64,000 bases of DNA. Source: Scenedesmus sp. PABB004. Its lineage: Eukaryota. The position numbers and the translations under genes were made by a program. Position 1 is the first letter of the stretch; each line of letters opens with the position of its first letter. Of this stretch, positions 61,901-64,000 are shown piece after piece. Under the pieces are notes generated by a model. The model saw only the letters and a list, made by a program, of their open reading frames with translations. It was not told the DNA's origin and did no database searches. The stretch spans positions 62,001-126,000 of the forward strand of contig JABVCE010000024.1 of the NCBI GenBank assembly GCA_014905635.1. Direction: 5' to 3'.

Positions 61901-62495
61901 GCCCTGTTGCATGCCAATAAGGCTCGGGCCTCAAGCGGGAGATCGTCAGGCGTCCGTCCTCAACATCCGGGGAGAGAGCATGGGAGGGCAGGAGGGCAGG
62001 TTTATCTGCCCGCACTGTGCGGGGCTTTCACAAATCAGCGACAAACGCAGCTGTTGTTCTTTATCTGTGTTGAACTGTTCGCAGCAGCAGGGCCCTGCAG
62101 CAGCAGCAGCGCAGCGCCCTGCAGACAGCGCAGCGCCCTGCGGATAGCGCCAATCAAACGCGCGCGTGTATCGCCTGCAGTCATGGTGTGTGCAAAAATG
62201 GTGTTCCTGTCATCAACCTTTTACCATATGCCGCCCCTCTCACCCCAGATCCTTTGTGTTGCTTGCCTGACATTCTTCGCCCACTTAACTTGCTGGCGCT
62301 CCCTCCTCACTTGCTGGCTGTGTGATGTTCTGCATTGAGACTCCTTGCTGGCTGGCCTGGCCGATGCGGGGCTGGTGGAGCCCGCGTCAGGTACCTACGC
62401 CGGCAGCAGCGATGTGTGGCCCTATCTTTCCTGGTGAGTGTCGCAGCAGCGCACGCCTGTGCAACCAACATTTGCAGCTCCGTGGCCGCGCCCTG

Positions 62496-62940
62496 CGGCG
62501 CAGCGCTCCGCCGAGTGGCCCGCCACGACCGCGGCCATCACGCCGCGCGCGCGCCGGCGGCCCGCATCCTGCAGCAGCTGTAGCTCGGCGGCGCCGGCGC
62601 CGCCACCGGCAGCCAGCCTCCCGCCGCGCGGCAGGCCGACCAGCGGCGGCGTGCTGCCGCCGCGCAGCAGCTGGCCCTGGACGCCCGCGCGCTACCGGCG
62701 GCCAGCGCCGCCAGCACCTTCGCCGCGCAGCCGCGCGCCAGGAGGCTGAGCATCTGCTCAGCGCGCCGGCGTCCTCAAACACCGCCTGGCGGTGGCACGG
62801 CGCGCGGCTGCCAGCGCGCGCGGGGCCGCCGGGGCAGCGGCCCGCGCCGCGGCCGCGGCCGCACCCGAGCCGAGCAAGCGCGTGCGGTGCGGCAGGGCGC
62901 CCGAGTCGATGATGCGCGCCTGCGCCTCAGGGGGAGCCGA
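62496..62940 (-). pseudogene. Dispersed ARM-like remnant, copy 4 (end of duplication unit B)
   Basis: Matches 49637-50100 directly and 29165-29632 inverted; minus strand reads AVFEDAGAL..MLSLL. Confidence 0.55.
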
Positions 62941-63364
62941 GGGCTCAGCGAGCACCCACACCACGGCAGCCTCGGACGCCAGCCAGCTCGGACGCCAGCG
63001 TGCTGCACCCGAGCCACCCGGCAGCGCTCGCCAGCCTGGCGCTCCCGGCGGCAGCGCCGCAGCTCGCCAGCGCAGGTGCCGGGCGCAGTCCAGCTGTGTG
63101 CGACTGCTGGGCCAGGCAGCTGCGCCAAGTGCGCCGGGGCGGGGCATCGCGCGCTGCTGATACCCGTCACGGGAGCCGCCGCCACGGCGCGGTTGTGCGC
63201 CGCCACCTCGCCGCGCCACGCCGCCGCTCCCTGATCGAGCTCGCGATTTGCCGGGGCGCACGAGCTCGGCCAGCCAGGGCCAGCCCGCGCACGGCTCCCA
63301 CTGCTGCCGCGCTCCGAGACTGATGCGCGGCGCCTGCTAGCGCCCTCCACGCGCTCTCGGCGCC

Positions 63365-64000
63365 ATGACGGGTGCCGCCGTGCCGCCGTCGCCGGAGGCG
63401 GGCGCCGCGGAGGTGGGCCCGCGCGCGGAGGACGCGATCGTGTTCATCTTGAGCTGCTTCTCCATCGGCATCCTGCTGCGCCTGACCCTGGTGCGCTGGG
63501 TCCGCGTCCCCTACACCGCCATGCTGCTGGTGAGCACGCGGCCAGGCCGCCGCCGGCGCGCTGCGGCGGCCGGCCGGCTGCTGCCGCTGCTGCCGCTGCC
63601 GCCGCCGTTGTGTTGGTGACGCGGCGGGCCCGCGCCCCCCGCGCAGCTGGTGGGCCTGGGCATCGGCTTCCTGCAGCTGGCCAACCCCGCGACCGAGGCG
63701 TTCACCAACTCGCTGCGCATCTGGCTGGTGCGCAGCGCGGCGGCGCCCGCCGCCCGACCTCGCGCCGCTCCCTCGCCGCCGCGCGCGCGCGCGCGTCCCG
63801 CCGCCCCCGAGCCCCGCGCGCCCCTCCTGCGCGCCCCTCCTGCGCGCCCCGCAGAGCATGGAGCCGCACCTGCTGCTGCTCATCTTCTTGCCGGTCATTG
63901 GCTTCAGCGCCGCGATCGGCCAGGAGCCCCACATGCTGCGCAAGAGCTGGCTCCAGGCGCGCCCCGCCGCCGGCGCCCGCGCGGGCGCGCCTGCCTGTGT
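63365..64000 (+). CDS. SOS1: SOS1/NHX7-like CPA1 Na+/H+ antiporter, 3'-partial (first three exons)
   Basis: EDAIVFILSCFSIGILLR..RVPYTAMLL|LVGLGIG..NSLRIWL|SMEPHLLLLIFLPVIGFSAAIGQEPHMLRKSWLQ follows the SOS1 N-terminal pattern PYT-LL-G..W..P.LLL..FLP...F. Confidence 0.78.

Larger units (their letters stand above)
32912..62940 (+). repeat. Tandem segmental duplication: unit A ~32912-47050, unit B ~47054-62940
   Basis: Both units carry, in order, the 3' part of the Raf kinase, intergenic DNA, a vWA-DUF11 gene, its 3' flank and an ARM-like remnant; introns and intergenic blocks align. Confidence 0.9.

Noticed and set aside
1..64000. tRNA, rRNA or transposase/reverse-transcriptase genes
   Set aside because: None recognisable by eye; tRNAscan-SE, Infernal and a TE HMM scan would be needed to exclude them formally.

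Overview
Extremely GC-rich, intron-dense eukaryotic DNA. TGTAA poly(A) signals, TTTAGGG-like motifs, an SBP transcription factor and a PB1-Raf kinase point to a chlorophyte green alga (inference). Most long six-frame ORFs are GC artefacts, so genes were rebuilt by hand from splice sites. In order: (1) a 5'-partial giant low-complexity protein with two AT-hooks and a C-terminal TFIIS-N-like helical domain; (2) a secreted, probably GPI-anchored class-3 lipase (-); (3) an XK/scramblase-like multi-TM + RI-type LRR + C3HC4 RING fusion gene (-); (4) NDP kinase; (5) an N-acylated GAF-like + TKL kinase; (6) an SBP-box gene between two ~0.7 kb direct repeats; (7) a PB1-domain B4-type Raf-like kinase; (8) a ~14-16 kb tandem segmental duplication giving two giant secreted vWA(MIDAS)-DUF11/Ig-like-Cys-rich adhesin-like genes plus a truncated kinase pseudogene; (9) the 5' end of a SOS1-like Na+/H+ antiporter. 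Highlights: the adhesin pair (divergent vWA heads, within-gene homogenised stalk repeats, reciprocal intron presence/absence), the XK-LRR-RING fusion, a high rate of GC-AG introns, polarised self-complementary intron tracts, and a dispersed ARM-like gene remnant. Several 1-nt frame breaks in GC runs suggest consensus indel errors, so exact models are provisional.
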